This document shows, in pieces, positions 26,098 to 37,810 of a stretch of DNA of 64,000 bases. The stretch covers positions 539-64,538 of the forward strand of contig DASXKU010000073.1 of NCBI GenBank assembly GCA_036496645.1, read 5' to 3'. The translations under genes were made by a program, and so were the position numbers. The notes below the pieces were generated by a model. It was not told the DNA's origin, searched no databases, and saw nothing but the letters and a program-made list of their open reading frames with translations. This DNA is from Gaiellaceae bacterium (GTDB lineage: Bacteria > Actinomycetota > Thermoleophilia > Gaiellales > Gaiellaceae). Each line of letters starts with the position of its first letter. Within the stretch, counting starts at the first letter, position 1.

Positions 26098-27288
26098 TCA
26101 CTTCGGTGCCTGTCCGAGCGTCACGTGAACGGTGAGCTTCGAGCCGTGCCGGTAGATGCCGAGCGCGACCTTCTCTCCGGGCTTCTTCAAATCGATGGCG
26201 TCGCGCAGCTGCTCGTAGTTCGCGACGGGCTTGCCGTCGACCGTGACGATGATGTCGCCGCCGAGGCGGTAGCTCGTGCCCGACACAATCACGCTCGTTG
26301 TTCCGGCTTTGACCCCGGCCTTCGCAGCGGAGGTGTTGGCATCGACGCTGTCGACAAGCAGTCCCGACTTCGCCGGCAGGTTGAACAGCTTTGCGAGTTG
26401 CGCCGTAATCGGCAGCACGCTGATACCGAGGAATGGGTGCTCGACTTTCCCCGTCTTGATCAGCTGCGCCGCAACGGTGCGCACAGTGTTGATCGGGATC
26501 GCGAAGCCGATGCCGAGGTTGCCCTGCTGGCCTGTGTTACCCGTCGAGATCTGCGAGGTCACGCCGATCACGCGTCCGGCCGTGTCGATCAGTGGGCCGC
26601 CGGAGTTGCCGTGATTGATCGCAGCATCCGTCTGGATCGCGTTGTCGATCGGCAGGCTGTTCGGCGCCGTGATCTGCCGCTGCACCGCGGAGACGAGACC
26701 GGCCGTCAGCGTGCGCGTGTAGCCGAAGGGATTGCCGATCGCGTAGACGGAGTCGCCGACGTTCACGTCGTCGCTGTTGCCGAGCGCAAGCGGCGTGAGC
26801 GCGCGCGCATGCGTATCGATCTTCAGCACCGCGATGTCCGTCGACGGATCGCTGCCGACGACGGTCGCTTGAATCTGGTCGTTACCCGAGAACGACACCT
26901 GAATCCTCCGCGCCCCCGCGATCACGTGCTCGTTCGTCACGAGATGACCCGCCTTGTCGAGGACGAAGCCGGAGCCCAGCGACTGTTCGGTCTGCGTCGT
27001 CGGAGGCGAGAACCCGAACGGGTCGGCCGGCGTGGTCGTCGTGCTGGTCGCGGTGACCTGAACGACGCCCGGCGCGTTGCGTTTGTAAATCTCCTCCGGC
27101 GTCAGCCCGGTGCGCGGCGGCGACTGCTGGAGCGACGCGTTCGTAGCGGGCGCGGCCTGCTGGTCGATGACTGTCGTGCGCGATCCGAGCCTGCCAAGGC
27201 CGCTCGCGATTGCCAGAGCGACGCCGGCACCGAGCGCCGCAACAACCACAAGCCCGACCGAGCGTGCAAAGATGGACCCGCGAACCAC
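26098..27288 (-). CDS. htrA: HtrA/DegP-family serine protease with PDZ domain
   Basis: N-terminal TM helix, trypsin-like catalytic motifs (TNEHV, GNSGGPL) and a C-terminal PDZ domain. Confidence 0.9.
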   Translation of the reverse strand: MVRGSIFARSVGLVVVAALGAGVALAIASGLGRLGSRTTVIDQQAAPATNASLQQSPPRTGLTPEEIYKRNAPGVVQVTATSTTTTPADPFGFSPPTTQTEQSLGSGFVLDKAGHLVTNEHVIAGARRIQVSFSGNDQIQATVVGSDPSTDIAVLKIDTHARALTPLALGNSDDVNVGDSVYAIGNPFGYTRTLTAGLVSAVQRQITAPNSLPIDNAIQTDAAINHGNSGGPLIDTAGRVIGVTSQISTGNTGQQGNLGIGFAIPINTVRTVAAQLIKTGKVEHPFLGISVLPITAQLAKLFNLPAKSGLLVDSVDANTSAAKAGVKAGTTSVIVSGTSYRLGGDIIVTVDGKPVANYEQLRDAIDLKKPGEKVALGIYRHGSKLTVHVTLGQAPK

Positions 27289-27330
27289 GGCGACTTTTAT
27301 AGCCTCGCCGCGGTTAACTCCCCATTAAGC

Positions 27331-28383
27331 GTGCGCGATCTCTTTCTCCTCGACCCGGACGTCGTCTATCTGAACCACGGTTCGTTCGGCGCCTGCCCGC
27401 GGCCGGTGTTCGACGTCTACCAGGCGTACCAGCGTGAGCTCGAGCGCCAGCCTGTGGAGTTCCTCGCACGCGAACGTGGCTTGGGCAAGTTGCTCGACGG
27501 CGCGCGCACGCGCCTTGCGGCGTATGTCGGTGCGAACGTCGCGAATCTCGTCTTCGTCCCGAACGCGACAACTGGCTTGAACTCCGTCATGCGCTCGCTC
27601 GAGTTGGCGCCGGGCGACGAAATCCTGTGCGGTGACATGGAGTACGGCGGCATGCAGATCCTCTTGGAGTTCGTTGCGAAGCGCACCGGGGCGACGGTCG
27701 CCGCGCAGCCATTCGCCGAGCTCGAGCCCGGGCCGCGCACGCGTGTCGTTTTCTGCTCGCACGTCGAGTGGATCAGCGGACGCGTGAACGACCTCGCGCC
27801 CGTCATCGACGCAGCGCATGCGGCGGACGCGATAGTGGTCGTCGACGGTGCGCACGCACCCGGTCAGATCCCGCTCGCACTCGACGAGCTCGGGGCAGAC
27901 GTGTACTCGGCGAACTGCCACAAATGGCTGTGCAGTCCGAAAGGTTCGGCGTTTCTCTACGCGCGGCCGGAAGTCCAGGACGGGCTGGTGCCGCCGATCG
28001 TGTCGTGGGACTGGTCGGAAGGTGGCGCGTTCGCGGAAACGCACGCGTGGCAGGGCACGCGCGACCCCGCGGCCTATTTGTCGGTTCCCGCGGCGATCGA
28101 CTTCCAGGCTGAGCACGACTGGCCGGCGGTTCGTATGCGCTGCCACGAGCTCCTCGCGGCGCTGGATCTGCCGTTCGCCCGCCTCACCGACACGTTTGTC
28201 CAGATGCTCGGATTCGCGTTGCCCGCTGGGACGGACGCGCTCGCGCTCAAGAACCGCCTGTACGACCGGCACCGCATCGAAGTGCCGATCGTCGAGTCAC
28301 CGACCGGCATAACGATGCGCGTTTCCGTGCAGGCGTACAACGATCAGAGCGATCTCGAGGCCCTTGTCGCCGCGTTTGCGTGA
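27331..28383 (+). CDS. aminotransferase class V (isopenicillin-N epimerase-like)
   Basis: GTG 27331. YLNHGSFGACP at the N-terminus and the PLP lysine in NCHKWL. The upstream part of the track ORF is antisense artefact over htrA. Confidence 0.85.
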   Translation: MRDLFLLDPDVVYLNHGSFGACPRPVFDVYQAYQRELERQPVEFLARERGLGKLLDGARTRLAAYVGANVANLVFVPNATTGLNSVMRSLELAPGDEILCGDMEYGGMQILLEFVAKRTGATVAAQPFAELEPGPRTRVVFCSHVEWISGRVNDLAPVIDAAHAADAIVVVDGAHAPGQIPLALDELGADVYSANCHKWLCSPKGSAFLYARPEVQDGLVPPIVSWDWSEGGAFAETHAWQGTRDPAAYLSVPAAIDFQAEHDWPAVRMRCHELLAALDLPFARLTDTFVQMLGFALPAGTDALALKNRLYDRHRIEVPIVESPTGITMRVSVQAYNDQSDLEALVAAFA

Positions 28384-28407
28384 TTTGACTATGGGAATGG
28401 GGCCTGC

Positions 28408-28788
28408 ATGGCTGCAAATCCCTACGAGCCCGCTGCCACCTTTCACTCGGCGTTGCGAAGCTTCCTGCATGAGAGCGAGGTCGCGGCTCGCTCCGAGTCG
28501 CTGACGCCGCGCCAATACGTCCTGCTGCTGCAAATCGGCGCGGCAGGACAGACGACCGTCTCGGAGCTGGTCGCGTTGCTCGCGCTGACGCAGAGCACCG
28601 TGACCGAGCTCGTTCAGCGCGCCGTGCGCGGCGGCCTCGTTACACGCACCCCGTCGCCGTCTGATGCGCGCGTCGTGCACCTCCGCCTCACCGGCGAGGG
28701 ACGTGAGCGCTTGCAACGCGTGTCGGACCGCCTCGGTGGCGAGCGTCATCGCCTTCGAGCCGTCATCGACGACCTCGGTCCTGGTTGA
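28408..28788 (+). CDS. MarR family transcriptional regulator
   Basis: Winged-HTH pattern (LTPRQYVLLLQI...TVSELVALLALTQSTVTELV...DARVVHLRLT). Confidence 0.8.
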   Translation: MAANPYEPAATFHSALRSFLHESEVAARSESLTPRQYVLLLQIGAAGQTTVSELVALLALTQSTVTELVQRAVRGGLVTRTPSPSDARVVHLRLTGEGRERLQRVSDRLGGERHRLRAVIDDLGPG

Positions 28789-28797
28789 ATCGAGGGC

Positions 28798-31503
<2,706 letters not shown>

Positions 31504-31526
31504 ACGCGCCACCGCTTCTCCTCGTC

Positions 31527-32036
31527 GTGACCGGCATGCCCGCGTCGGGCAAGACGACGCTTGCGCGGCTGCTCGGCAAGCGGCTCTCGTTGCCGGTCAT
31601 CGAGAAGGACACGATCAAAGAGACACTGTTCGACACACTCGGTGCTCCTGATGTCGAGGCGTCGCAGCGACTCGGCCGAGCGACCTACGCGCTGATCTTC
31701 GCAACCGCGGACGCGCTGCTCGCCGCAGGAACGTCGCTCGTCGCGGAGGCGAATTTCTTCCGCGGCGCCGACGAGCCGAGGTTCGCTGCACTGCCGCCGC
31801 ATCGGGTGGTGCAGGTGCACTGCCACGCGCCACTGGATGTGCTGGTCGATCGCTACACCAACCGCCCCGCGCGACATGCCGGCCATCACGATTCGACGCG
31901 CGTCGACGAGTTGCGCGCACGCTACGACAGTGGCTCGAACGGGCCGCTCGACCTAGACGGCGAGCTGATCGAGCTCGATACAACGACAGCGCCTGCCGCT
32001 CAACTCGCAGCCGAGGTTGCCGAACGGCTAGCGTGA
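31527..32036 (+). CDS. P-loop kinase (AAA_33-like)
   Basis: Walker A GMPASGKT. The strand preceding the P-loop (PPLLLVV) lies upstream of the first canonical start (GTG 31527); only CTG 31500 would include it. Confidence 0.65.
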   Translation: MTGMPASGKTTLARLLGKRLSLPVIEKDTIKETLFDTLGAPDVEASQRLGRATYALIFATADALLAAGTSLVAEANFFRGADEPRFAALPPHRVVQVHCHAPLDVLVDRYTNRPARHAGHHDSTRVDELRARYDSGSNGPLDLDGELIELDTTTAPAAQLAAEVAERLA

Positions 32037-32116
32037 GCGCACCGGGGTGCCCGGCACTGGGCTGAGATCACACCCGTCGAACCTGATCCGGATCATGCCG
32101 GCGAAGGGAGTGCACG
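32037..32116 (+). promoter_or_regulatory. TPP (THI-box) riboswitch
   Basis: Contains GGGGUGC...GGCUGAGA...ACCC...GAACCUGAUCCGGAUCAUGCCGGCGAAGGGA, with P1 closing GCAC/GUGC. Sits 35 nt upstream of the permease start. Confidence 0.9.
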
Positions 32117-32150
32117 ACTGAAAGACACACCGAACTGGGGCATCACGCCT

Positions 32151-33470
32151 GTGCCGGAGCGCTACCGGCTGCTGAGCGTCTTCGACGGGTTCCTCTTGTG
32201 GGGCGACCTTTCGGTATCGCTGCTCGTGATCGTCGCGGGCGCGTTCCTCACGCTTCCGGCTTCTGAGTACGGCCTCGGGCTGTCGCTTCCCGTCGCGATC
32301 GGCGCGATCGTTGCTGCTTCATTCGTCGGCAACCTCATGCTCGGCCTCGGTGGATTGATCGGCGCCGATGCACGCGTGCCGGCGATGGTGCTGTTGCGCG
32401 CGCCGCTTGGACGCCGCGGCTCGTACCTGCCGACGGCGCTCAACGTCATCCAGTGCTTCGGCTGGGCGATCTTCGAGATCGTCGTTATCGCAACCGCTGC
32501 CGCCGCCGTCACGCGCCGCGAGTTCGACTTCGGCGGCACGTTCTTCTGGAAGCTCGTCTTCGGCGGCGTCGCAACCGTGCTGGCGTTCATGGGTCCTGTC
32601 GGGTTCGTGCACCGCTACGTGCGCAAGTTCGCCGTCTGGATCGTGCTCGCATCGCTGATCTATCTCTGTTGGTGGGGACTGCACGGACAACACGTCGGCA
32701 GGCTCTGGCACCGCGGTGGCACGCACGAATTCTGGCCCGGCTTCGATCTCGCGCTTGCTTCGATCATCAGCTGGACGCCCCTCGTCGCGGACTACTCACG
32801 CTTCGCGCGCACGCGCAGCGGCGCGTTCTGGGGCACGGGCGTCGGCTACTTCGTGCCGCAGATCCCGTTGCTCGGGCTCGGCGCAGTAATCGCGCTGTCG
32901 CGCCACTTGAGCGACGCCCCGGGCCTACTCACCGCGATCGCCGCCGGCGGTATCGGCACTCTCGCGGCACTCGTCGCGGTCACCGTGGACGAGAGCAAGG
33001 AGGCGTTTGCCAACGTCTACTCCGCCGCCGTCAGCCTGCAGAACATCCTGCCCGGCGTACCGCAGCGCGTGCTCGTCGCCGTTGCCGCTGTCGTTTCGAC
33101 GGTCGGCGCGCTACTGATCACACTGAGCAACTTCCAGCCGTTCCTCTATCTGCTCGGCTCGTTCTTCGTACCGCTGTTCGGTGTCTTGCTCGCCGACTGG
33201 CTTCTGAACGGACGCCGCTATCGCGAAGAGGACGTATTCGCACCTGTGGCGGTGCGTGTGGAGATGGTCGTCGCGTGGCTCACAGGCTTCGCGCTCTACC
33301 AATGGCTCTACCCGGAAGGGCCGGCCTGGTGGACGAGGCTCGTCGCGCACGCGCACCCGCACGCTCTGCCCTGGGGCGGCGCGTCGCTGCCCAGCTTTGC
33401 CGCGGCGTTCGTCCTCGCCGCTTGCGCCCGCGCGGCCACGCGAGGCGTGGTCATACTCGCGCGGGCGTGA
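32151..33470 (+). CDS. cytX: NCS1-family permease, CytX-like (putative hydroxymethylpyrimidine transporter)
   Basis: 439 aa, about 12 TM helices, purine-cytosine permease-like. Directly downstream of the TPP riboswitch. Confidence 0.8.
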   Translation: MPERYRLLSVFDGFLLWGDLSVSLLVIVAGAFLTLPASEYGLGLSLPVAIGAIVAASFVGNLMLGLGGLIGADARVPAMVLLRAPLGRRGSYLPTALNVIQCFGWAIFEIVVIATAAAAVTRREFDFGGTFFWKLVFGGVATVLAFMGPVGFVHRYVRKFAVWIVLASLIYLCWWGLHGQHVGRLWHRGGTHEFWPGFDLALASIISWTPLVADYSRFARTRSGAFWGTGVGYFVPQIPLLGLGAVIALSRHLSDAPGLLTAIAAGGIGTLAALVAVTVDESKEAFANVYSAAVSLQNILPGVPQRVLVAVAAVVSTVGALLITLSNFQPFLYLLGSFFVPLFGVLLADWLLNGRRYREEDVFAPVAVRVEMVVAWLTGFALYQWLYPEGPAWWTRLVAHAHPHALPWGGASLPSFAAAFVLAACARAATRGVVILARA

Positions 33471-34231
33471 TCGCGCTCATCGGCAACCTCTCCCGCGACC
33501 ATCTTCCCGGGCGCCCACCGCGCGCGGGCGGTGGGCCGTATCACGGTGCGCGAGCGCTGCAGCGATTGCGCGTCCCGGCCAGAGTCGTGGTGCGTTGCGC
33601 CGAGGGCGACCGCGCCGACCTCGTCAAGCCGGTGATCCGTCTCGGCTCGACGGTGCGTTACGTCCCGGGAACGTCGACCGCGACGTTTTCGATCTCGTAC
33701 GACGGCGACGTCCGCACAATGACGGTGGACGCACTCGGCGACACCTGGCACACGTCCGACCTGCCGCAGTTGCCGCCGTCGGTCCGCTGGATTCACGTTG
33801 CACCGCTCGCCCGCTCCGACTTTCCAGCGCGCACTCTCGCGGCGCTCGCGCGGCGTCATCGCATCTCATACGACGGGCAAGGTCTCGTGCGCGTGCCGGA
33901 GACAGGCCCGCTGCGCCTCGACGACAATTTCGATCCGGACGTTCTGAAACATGTGTGGGCACTGAAGCTCGCCGACGAGGAAGCGGCCGTGATCGGAGAC
34001 ATCGCGCGCCTCCCGGTGCGCGAACTGCTCGTCACCCACGGCTCGGAGGGCGCGACTCTCTATCTCGGCGGCCAACGGCAGGAGATTCCAGCGCATGCGA
34101 TTGCCGGGGACCCAACCGGTGCGGGCGACGCATTCATGACGGCGTACGTCGTCGCGCGCAGCACAGGCTTCTCGCCGGGTAGCGCCGCACGCCGTGCGAC
34201 CTCAGTCGTGGCCTCGCTGCTGCGCACATGA
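33467..34231 (+). CDS. PfkB/ribokinase-family kinase
   Basis: GTG 33467 overlaps the cytX stop (GTGA). N-terminal GG motif (GGGPYHGA) and anion-hole motif DPTGAGDAF. Confidence 0.8.
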   Translation: MIALIGNLSRDHLPGRPPRAGGGPYHGARALQRLRVPARVVVRCAEGDRADLVKPVIRLGSTVRYVPGTSTATFSISYDGDVRTMTVDALGDTWHTSDLPQLPPSVRWIHVAPLARSDFPARTLAALARRHRISYDGQGLVRVPETGPLRLDDNFDPDVLKHVWALKLADEEAAVIGDIARLPVRELLVTHGSEGATLYLGGQRQEIPAHAIAGDPTGAGDAFMTAYVVARSTGFSPGSAARRATSVVASLLRT

Positions 34232-34617
34232 TCGCCATCGTCGACACCGAGCTCGGCCGGTTCGCAATCGATCTCGAAACGGAGGAAGTCGAACCGTGGA
34301 GCGGTGAGCTCGACGAGCCTGCGGCACCTACGCTTTCTCTGCCGCGCGTCGTCGCAGCCGCACAGTCTGGGTCGACGATCGTCGCGGTCGTCGATGCGAA
34401 GCCGTCGCTCCTCGTCTCGCACGACGCGGGCGTGACATGGCGCGAGTCGGGGCGCGGGTTGCCGACGGGTGTTGCAGTTGCGATCGGCGACGACCCCGAC
34501 GTTGTGGTGTACGCGACGGCGAACCGTCTCTACGTGTCGCGCGACGGCGCGATGTTCTGGACCGCAGTCGCGGGTGAACTGCCACGAATCAGCACAATTT
34601 GTGTGACGAATTCGTGA
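34228..34617 (+). CDS. small BNR/Asp-box repeat protein
   Basis: ATG overlaps the kinase stop (ATGA). Two SxDxGxxW boxes (SHDAGVTW, SRDGAMFW). Confidence 0.6.
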   Translation: MIAIVDTELGRFAIDLETEEVEPWSGELDEPAAPTLSLPRVVAAAQSGSTIVAVVDAKPSLLVSHDAGVTWRESGRGLPTGVAVAIGDDPDVVVYATANRLYVSRDGAMFWTAVAGELPRISTICVTNS

Positions 34618-34677
34618 AAGTCACTTGCGGAGCGAAGGCTATTTTCTTTATGGTGCAATCTCCGTTCGAGGAGACTC

Positions 34678-34773
34678 ATGATGAAACCGACCAACACCAA
34701 CACCAACGTGTCTGAAATCAACATCGTGTTTGAAATCAACACAGCCGTCTTCGCAGGAGGGCTCTCGGCCTAG
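34678..34773 (+). CDS. mini-ORF, 31 codons (MMKPTNTNTNVSEINIVFEINTAVFAGGLSA); coding status uncertain
   Basis: GAGGAG lies 4 nt before a double ATG. The ORF is built from (ACCAAC)x3 and an 18-bp tandem repeat, and lies in an AT-rich islet. Confidence 0.3.
   Translation: MMKPTNTNTNVSEINIVFEINTAVFAGGLSA
34690..34707 (+). repeat. hexanucleotide tandem repeat (ACCAAC)x3
   Basis: Read directly from the sequence. Confidence 0.9.
34708..34743 (+). repeat. 18-bp tandem direct repeat (GTGTcTGAAATCAACAtc / GTGTtTGAAATCAACAca)
   Basis: 15 of 18 positions are identical between adjacent units. Confidence 0.9.
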
Positions 34774-34797
34774 TCACGTAGGCATGTTCGGCCCTTG

Positions 34798-34832
34798 CGA
34801 AGGCGACCGTCATGGTCGCTTTCGTCGTTTCT
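34798..34832 (+). terminator. intrinsic terminator-like hairpin
   Basis: 11-bp stem CGAAGGCGACC / GGTCGCTTTCG (one G-U pair), 5-nt loop, then TCGTTTCT. Confidence 0.6.
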
Positions 34833-34859
34833 GGAACGGTTTTTCGCTGACGTCCAATG

Positions 34860-34885
34860 GGCGGGCTTTTGCCTGCCGTTTTTCC
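34860..34885 (+). terminator. intrinsic terminator
   Basis: Stem GGCGGGC / GCCTGCC (one G-U pair), TTTT loop, followed by GTTTTTCC. Confidence 0.65.
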
Positions 34886-34915
34886 GCAAACCAACTCACG
34901 TTGAAGGAGGGAAGC

Positions 34916-35050
34916 ATGTATCCGCATCTCGTGCGGATCGCTCCGCGCCCGGCTGCCGGCCGGCCCGCGAAGGTGATTCAGCTCGATGCGCGCCGCAAGG
35001 CACGTCTCGACAAGACACGGCCCGCCACACGCCCTCCCAAGGCTGCGTGA
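34916..35050 (+). CDS. small basic protein, 44 aa (MYPHLVRIAPRPAAGRPAKVIQLDARRKARLDKTRPATRPPKAA)
   Basis: AAGGAGGG lies 5 nt before the ATG. GC-rich third positions. A hairpin terminator follows at 35062-35078. No family recognised. Confidence 0.4.
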   Translation: MYPHLVRIAPRPAAGRPAKVIQLDARRKARLDKTRPATRPPKAA

Positions 35051-35067
35051 CGGGTGGCGAGAGGCCC

Positions 35068-35697
35068 CTAGCGGGCCTTTCGTCGTTGAGCGTCAGGTTT
35101 GATCAGCAATGCATCGATCTGCACCGGATAACCGGCGCGCAACACGCCGAGAGTTGAGGGCGGCGTGATCGCCTCGGCCGTCCCGCTTCGCGGACGTGCA
35201 CGGCTCTCGCCGTAGCCGCCTATCGACCACTCGACAACCTCGTCGCCAAGTACAAGCGTCGGCGCGCCATCGAGACGCACGAATGCCCCGTCTGGCAGCT
35301 CGCGCCACGGGACGCGGTGAAAGCGCCGCTGATGCGTGCCGCGCACGATGCGCTCGGAGTGCAGCTGCTTGTTCATGTCGGTCGAGCTTGGATTGCCGCC
35401 GAAGGCATCGCGATACGCGTTGTACGACGCGCGTCGGCACTCACCGCACGGCCGGTGCCCAGCCGCGAAGGCGACGGCTTCGTCGTGGAAGTACAGCCAG
35501 GTGAAGCCGCGCGGCTTCCACTGCTCGTGCCAGCGGTCGTTGAACGCGAGCGCGCAGACGATCCAGAGGTTGCCCGCGTGGAAGCGAACGATCTCGTGAC
35601 CTTCATGCAAGCGTCCGCGATTGCCCGTCCACGCACCGCGCAATGGAATCGCGACAACGTCGCCGAGGGGTGTGACGCGGTTCTGTGCCGGGCTCAC
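35068..35697 (-). CDS. conserved hypothetical protein (209 aa) with HRPCGECRR motif
   Basis: GTG 35697 overlaps the stop of the upstream permease (GTGA). Only the C-terminal 209 aa of track ORF 35068-36279 look protein-like. Confidence 0.65.
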   Translation of the reverse strand: MSPAQNRVTPLGDVVAIPLRGAWTGNRGRLHEGHEIVRFHAGNLWIVCALAFNDRWHEQWKPRGFTWLYFHDEAVAFAAGHRPCGECRRASYNAYRDAFGGNPSSTDMNKQLHSERIVRGTHQRRFHRVPWRELPDGAFVRLDGAPTLVLGDEVVEWSIGGYGESRARPRSGTAEAITPPSTLGVLRAGYPVQIDALLIKPDAQRRKAR

Positions 35698-36806
35698 ACG
35701 ACGACCGGCTCGATGCCGGCCGTGCTGCGAGTCCGAGTCACCGAGCCGACGCGCGGATCGATGATCGCGTAGAGCACGTCGACGAGGAGATTTCCGACGA
35801 TCACGATCAGCGTGATCATCGTCACGATGCCGAGGACGACGGGTAGGTCGAGGACACTGCTGCCTGCGAAGGTGAAGACCGCGTCGGTCGCGAGCCCGTG
35901 CAGACCGAAGGCTGCCTCGATGTACACCGCGATGCCAATCGCCGTGCCGATCTCCATGCCGATCATCGTCAGGATGCGTAGCCCTGCGTATGGCAGTACG
36001 TGACGTCCGATCACGCGCGGCTCGCCGGCGCCCTTCGAGCGCGCAGTGCGAACGAAGTCGTCGTGCATCACTTCGAGCACGCTCGCGCGTGCCATGCGTG
36101 TGTAGAGCGCGAGGAATAGCAATGCGAACGAGACCCAGGGCAGGATCAGATGCTCGAACCACGGCCACGGCCCTCCGGCGCAGGCGCTGGGGCTGGCTGA
36201 CGAAAAGAAGGGGTTGAAGCTGCTGCTGATGGGAACCGCGTGGTGTCCGAAGGTGCAGTAGCCGCCGTCGGGGAGCCACTTGTGCTGGTCGCCAAAGAAC
36301 GTGCGGAGGATCAGGCCGATCACCATCGGGTGCGTACAGATTGCGATCAGCGTCAGGAAGCCAATCAGCCTGTCGCCGATCGACCCTGCGTAGCGCGCGG
36401 CAAACGCGCCGAGCGGCAACGCTAGTAACAACACGAGCGCGGCCCCGCCGAGGAGCAAGGAAAGCGTGATTCGCGTCTCGCGGATGATGCGGTCGTTGAT
36501 CGGCACCTGCGTCACCGACTGGTCGGCGTTGATGTGCGTGCCGTTCCAGTCTTTGCCGAAGTCACCTTCTGCGAGGTGCTCGACGTACTTCGCCCATTGC
36601 ACGTACTTCGGCTTGTCGAGCCCGAAGACGTGATTGCCGCGCTGAATCTGGTAATTCGAAAGGTGTTGCGCAAACGGATAGAGGTACTGCGCCGGTGGCG
36701 TCGCCGGGATCGCCCAGAAGAGCACGAACGTCAGCGTGATCACGAGGAGCAGCGTGAACACGCTCGCGACGAGCCTGCGCGTAAGGAAATACGCGAGACG
36801 CCTCAT
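35694..36806 (-). CDS. ABC transporter permease, DppB/OppB-like
   Basis: BPD_transp_1 pattern, including the EAA-loop region (DFVRTARSKGAGEPRVIGRHVLP). Paralogue of 58338-59396. Confidence 0.85.
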   Translation of the reverse strand: MRRLAYFLTRRLVASVFTLLLVITLTFVLFWAIPATPPAQYLYPFAQHLSNYQIQRGNHVFGLDKPKYVQWAKYVEHLAEGDFGKDWNGTHINADQSVTQVPINDRIIRETRITLSLLLGGAALVLLLALPLGAFAARYAGSIGDRLIGFLTLIAICTHPMVIGLILRTFFGDQHKWLPDGGYCTFGHHAVPISSSFNPFFSSASPSACAGGPWPWFEHLILPWVSFALLFLALYTRMARASVLEVMHDDFVRTARSKGAGEPRVIGRHVLPYAGLRILTMIGMEIGTAIGIAVYIEAAFGLHGLATDAVFTFAGSSVLDLPVVLGIVTMITLIVIVGNLLVDVLYAIIDPRVGSVTRTRSTAGIEPVVV

Positions 36807-37810
36807 AGCTCGCGTGGCGCCAGCGCGCGCCGCGCCCCTTCACTCACGCGGTTGAGCGACACGACGGCGATGAGGATCGCCAGCGTCGGGAAGATGGTGA
36901 GCCACACCGTGAATGCCTGCGCGTTGTAGGTATGCGGCGAGTAAATCGTCCCCCATGTCGTCACGAGCATCGAGCCCCACGTCGTCGTCGTCAGCGGAAC
37001 GCCGGCGCCGATAAAGCTCAGGCCGACCTCGAGCAGAATGTTCGTGCCTACGGCAACCGCACCCCACACGAGCAATGTCGGCAGGAGGTGCGGCACCAGA
37101 TGACGCCAGATGATCCGGCGGTTGGACGCGCCGATCATCCGCTCGGCTTCGACAAACTCGGCATGGCGGAGCGTCAGCATCTGCGCGCGAATGAGTCGCA
37201 GTGGATAGAACGACGTGAAGATTCCGATCGTGAGCGCTACCTCGAGCACACCCGGCGGCAGCACGTGTTTGATCGAGATCGGCTCGAGCGTCGGCCGGAG
37301 GCGCACGCTGACGAGGACCAGGAGCAGAATCAGCGGGAACGCCATGACGAGCTCCGTGATACGGCTGATGATCGCGTCGAGCCAACGCCCGTAGAAGCCC
37401 GCCAGCACACCAAGCGGAAGTCCAACGGCAAGTGCGACAAGCACGCCGCCGAGGCCGATCTCGAGCGACGCCTTACCGCCGTCGAGCAACCGGATGAACT
37501 CGTCGCGACCAACCTCGCTATCCGCGCCGAGAACGAAAAGCGTGCGCTTCGCGTGCTTCGGCGGCGGCGCTATCGAGTTGTCGGGCAGGCTCAACGCTTG
37601 GTTGACAGCCGGGACGTGCGACCACGGCCCGACCGGCCTCAGGTTCTCGTTCACGGAGTACGGGAATAGATCCGACCCGTCGTGGTTAAGCAGCGTGCTC
37701 GCAATCGGGCCGCCCGCGAGGGACGCGACGACCACGATCAGCAGCACAAGGCCGGCGACGACCGACCCGCGATCGCGCAGAAACCGCCGCAGAGTTGGAC
37801 GATTCCTCAC
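36803..37810 (-). CDS. ABC transporter permease, DppC/OppC-like
   Basis: GTG 37810 overlaps the PhzF-like stop (GTGA). EAA region (EFVEAERMIGASNRRIIWRHLVP). Paralogue of 57316-58341. Confidence 0.85.
   Translation of the reverse strand: MRNRPTLRRFLRDRGSVVAGLVLLIVVVASLAGGPIASTLLNHDGSDLFPYSVNENLRPVGPWSHVPAVNQALSLPDNSIAPPPKHAKRTLFVLGADSEVGRDEFIRLLDGGKASLEIGLGGVLVALAVGLPLGVLAGFYGRWLDAIISRITELVMAFPLILLLVLVSVRLRPTLEPISIKHVLPPGVLEVALTIGIFTSFYPLRLIRAQMLTLRHAEFVEAERMIGASNRRIIWRHLVPHLLPTLLVWGAVAVGTNILLEVGLSFIGAGVPLTTTTWGSMLVTTWGTIYSPHTYNAQAFTVWLTIFPTLAILIAVVSLNRVSEGARRALAPREL

Noticed and set aside
26125-27330. Upstream 402 codons of the 752-aa ORF 26125-28383
   Set aside because: Antisense to the well-supported htrA gene and Arg/Asp-rich. 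The aminotransferase-like sequence only begins at GTG 27331.
34690-34743. Short tandem repeats considered as a CRISPR array or a phase-variable microsatellite
   Set aside because: There are only three hexamer units and two 18-bp units, directly abutting with no spacers. No cas genes are present in the window.
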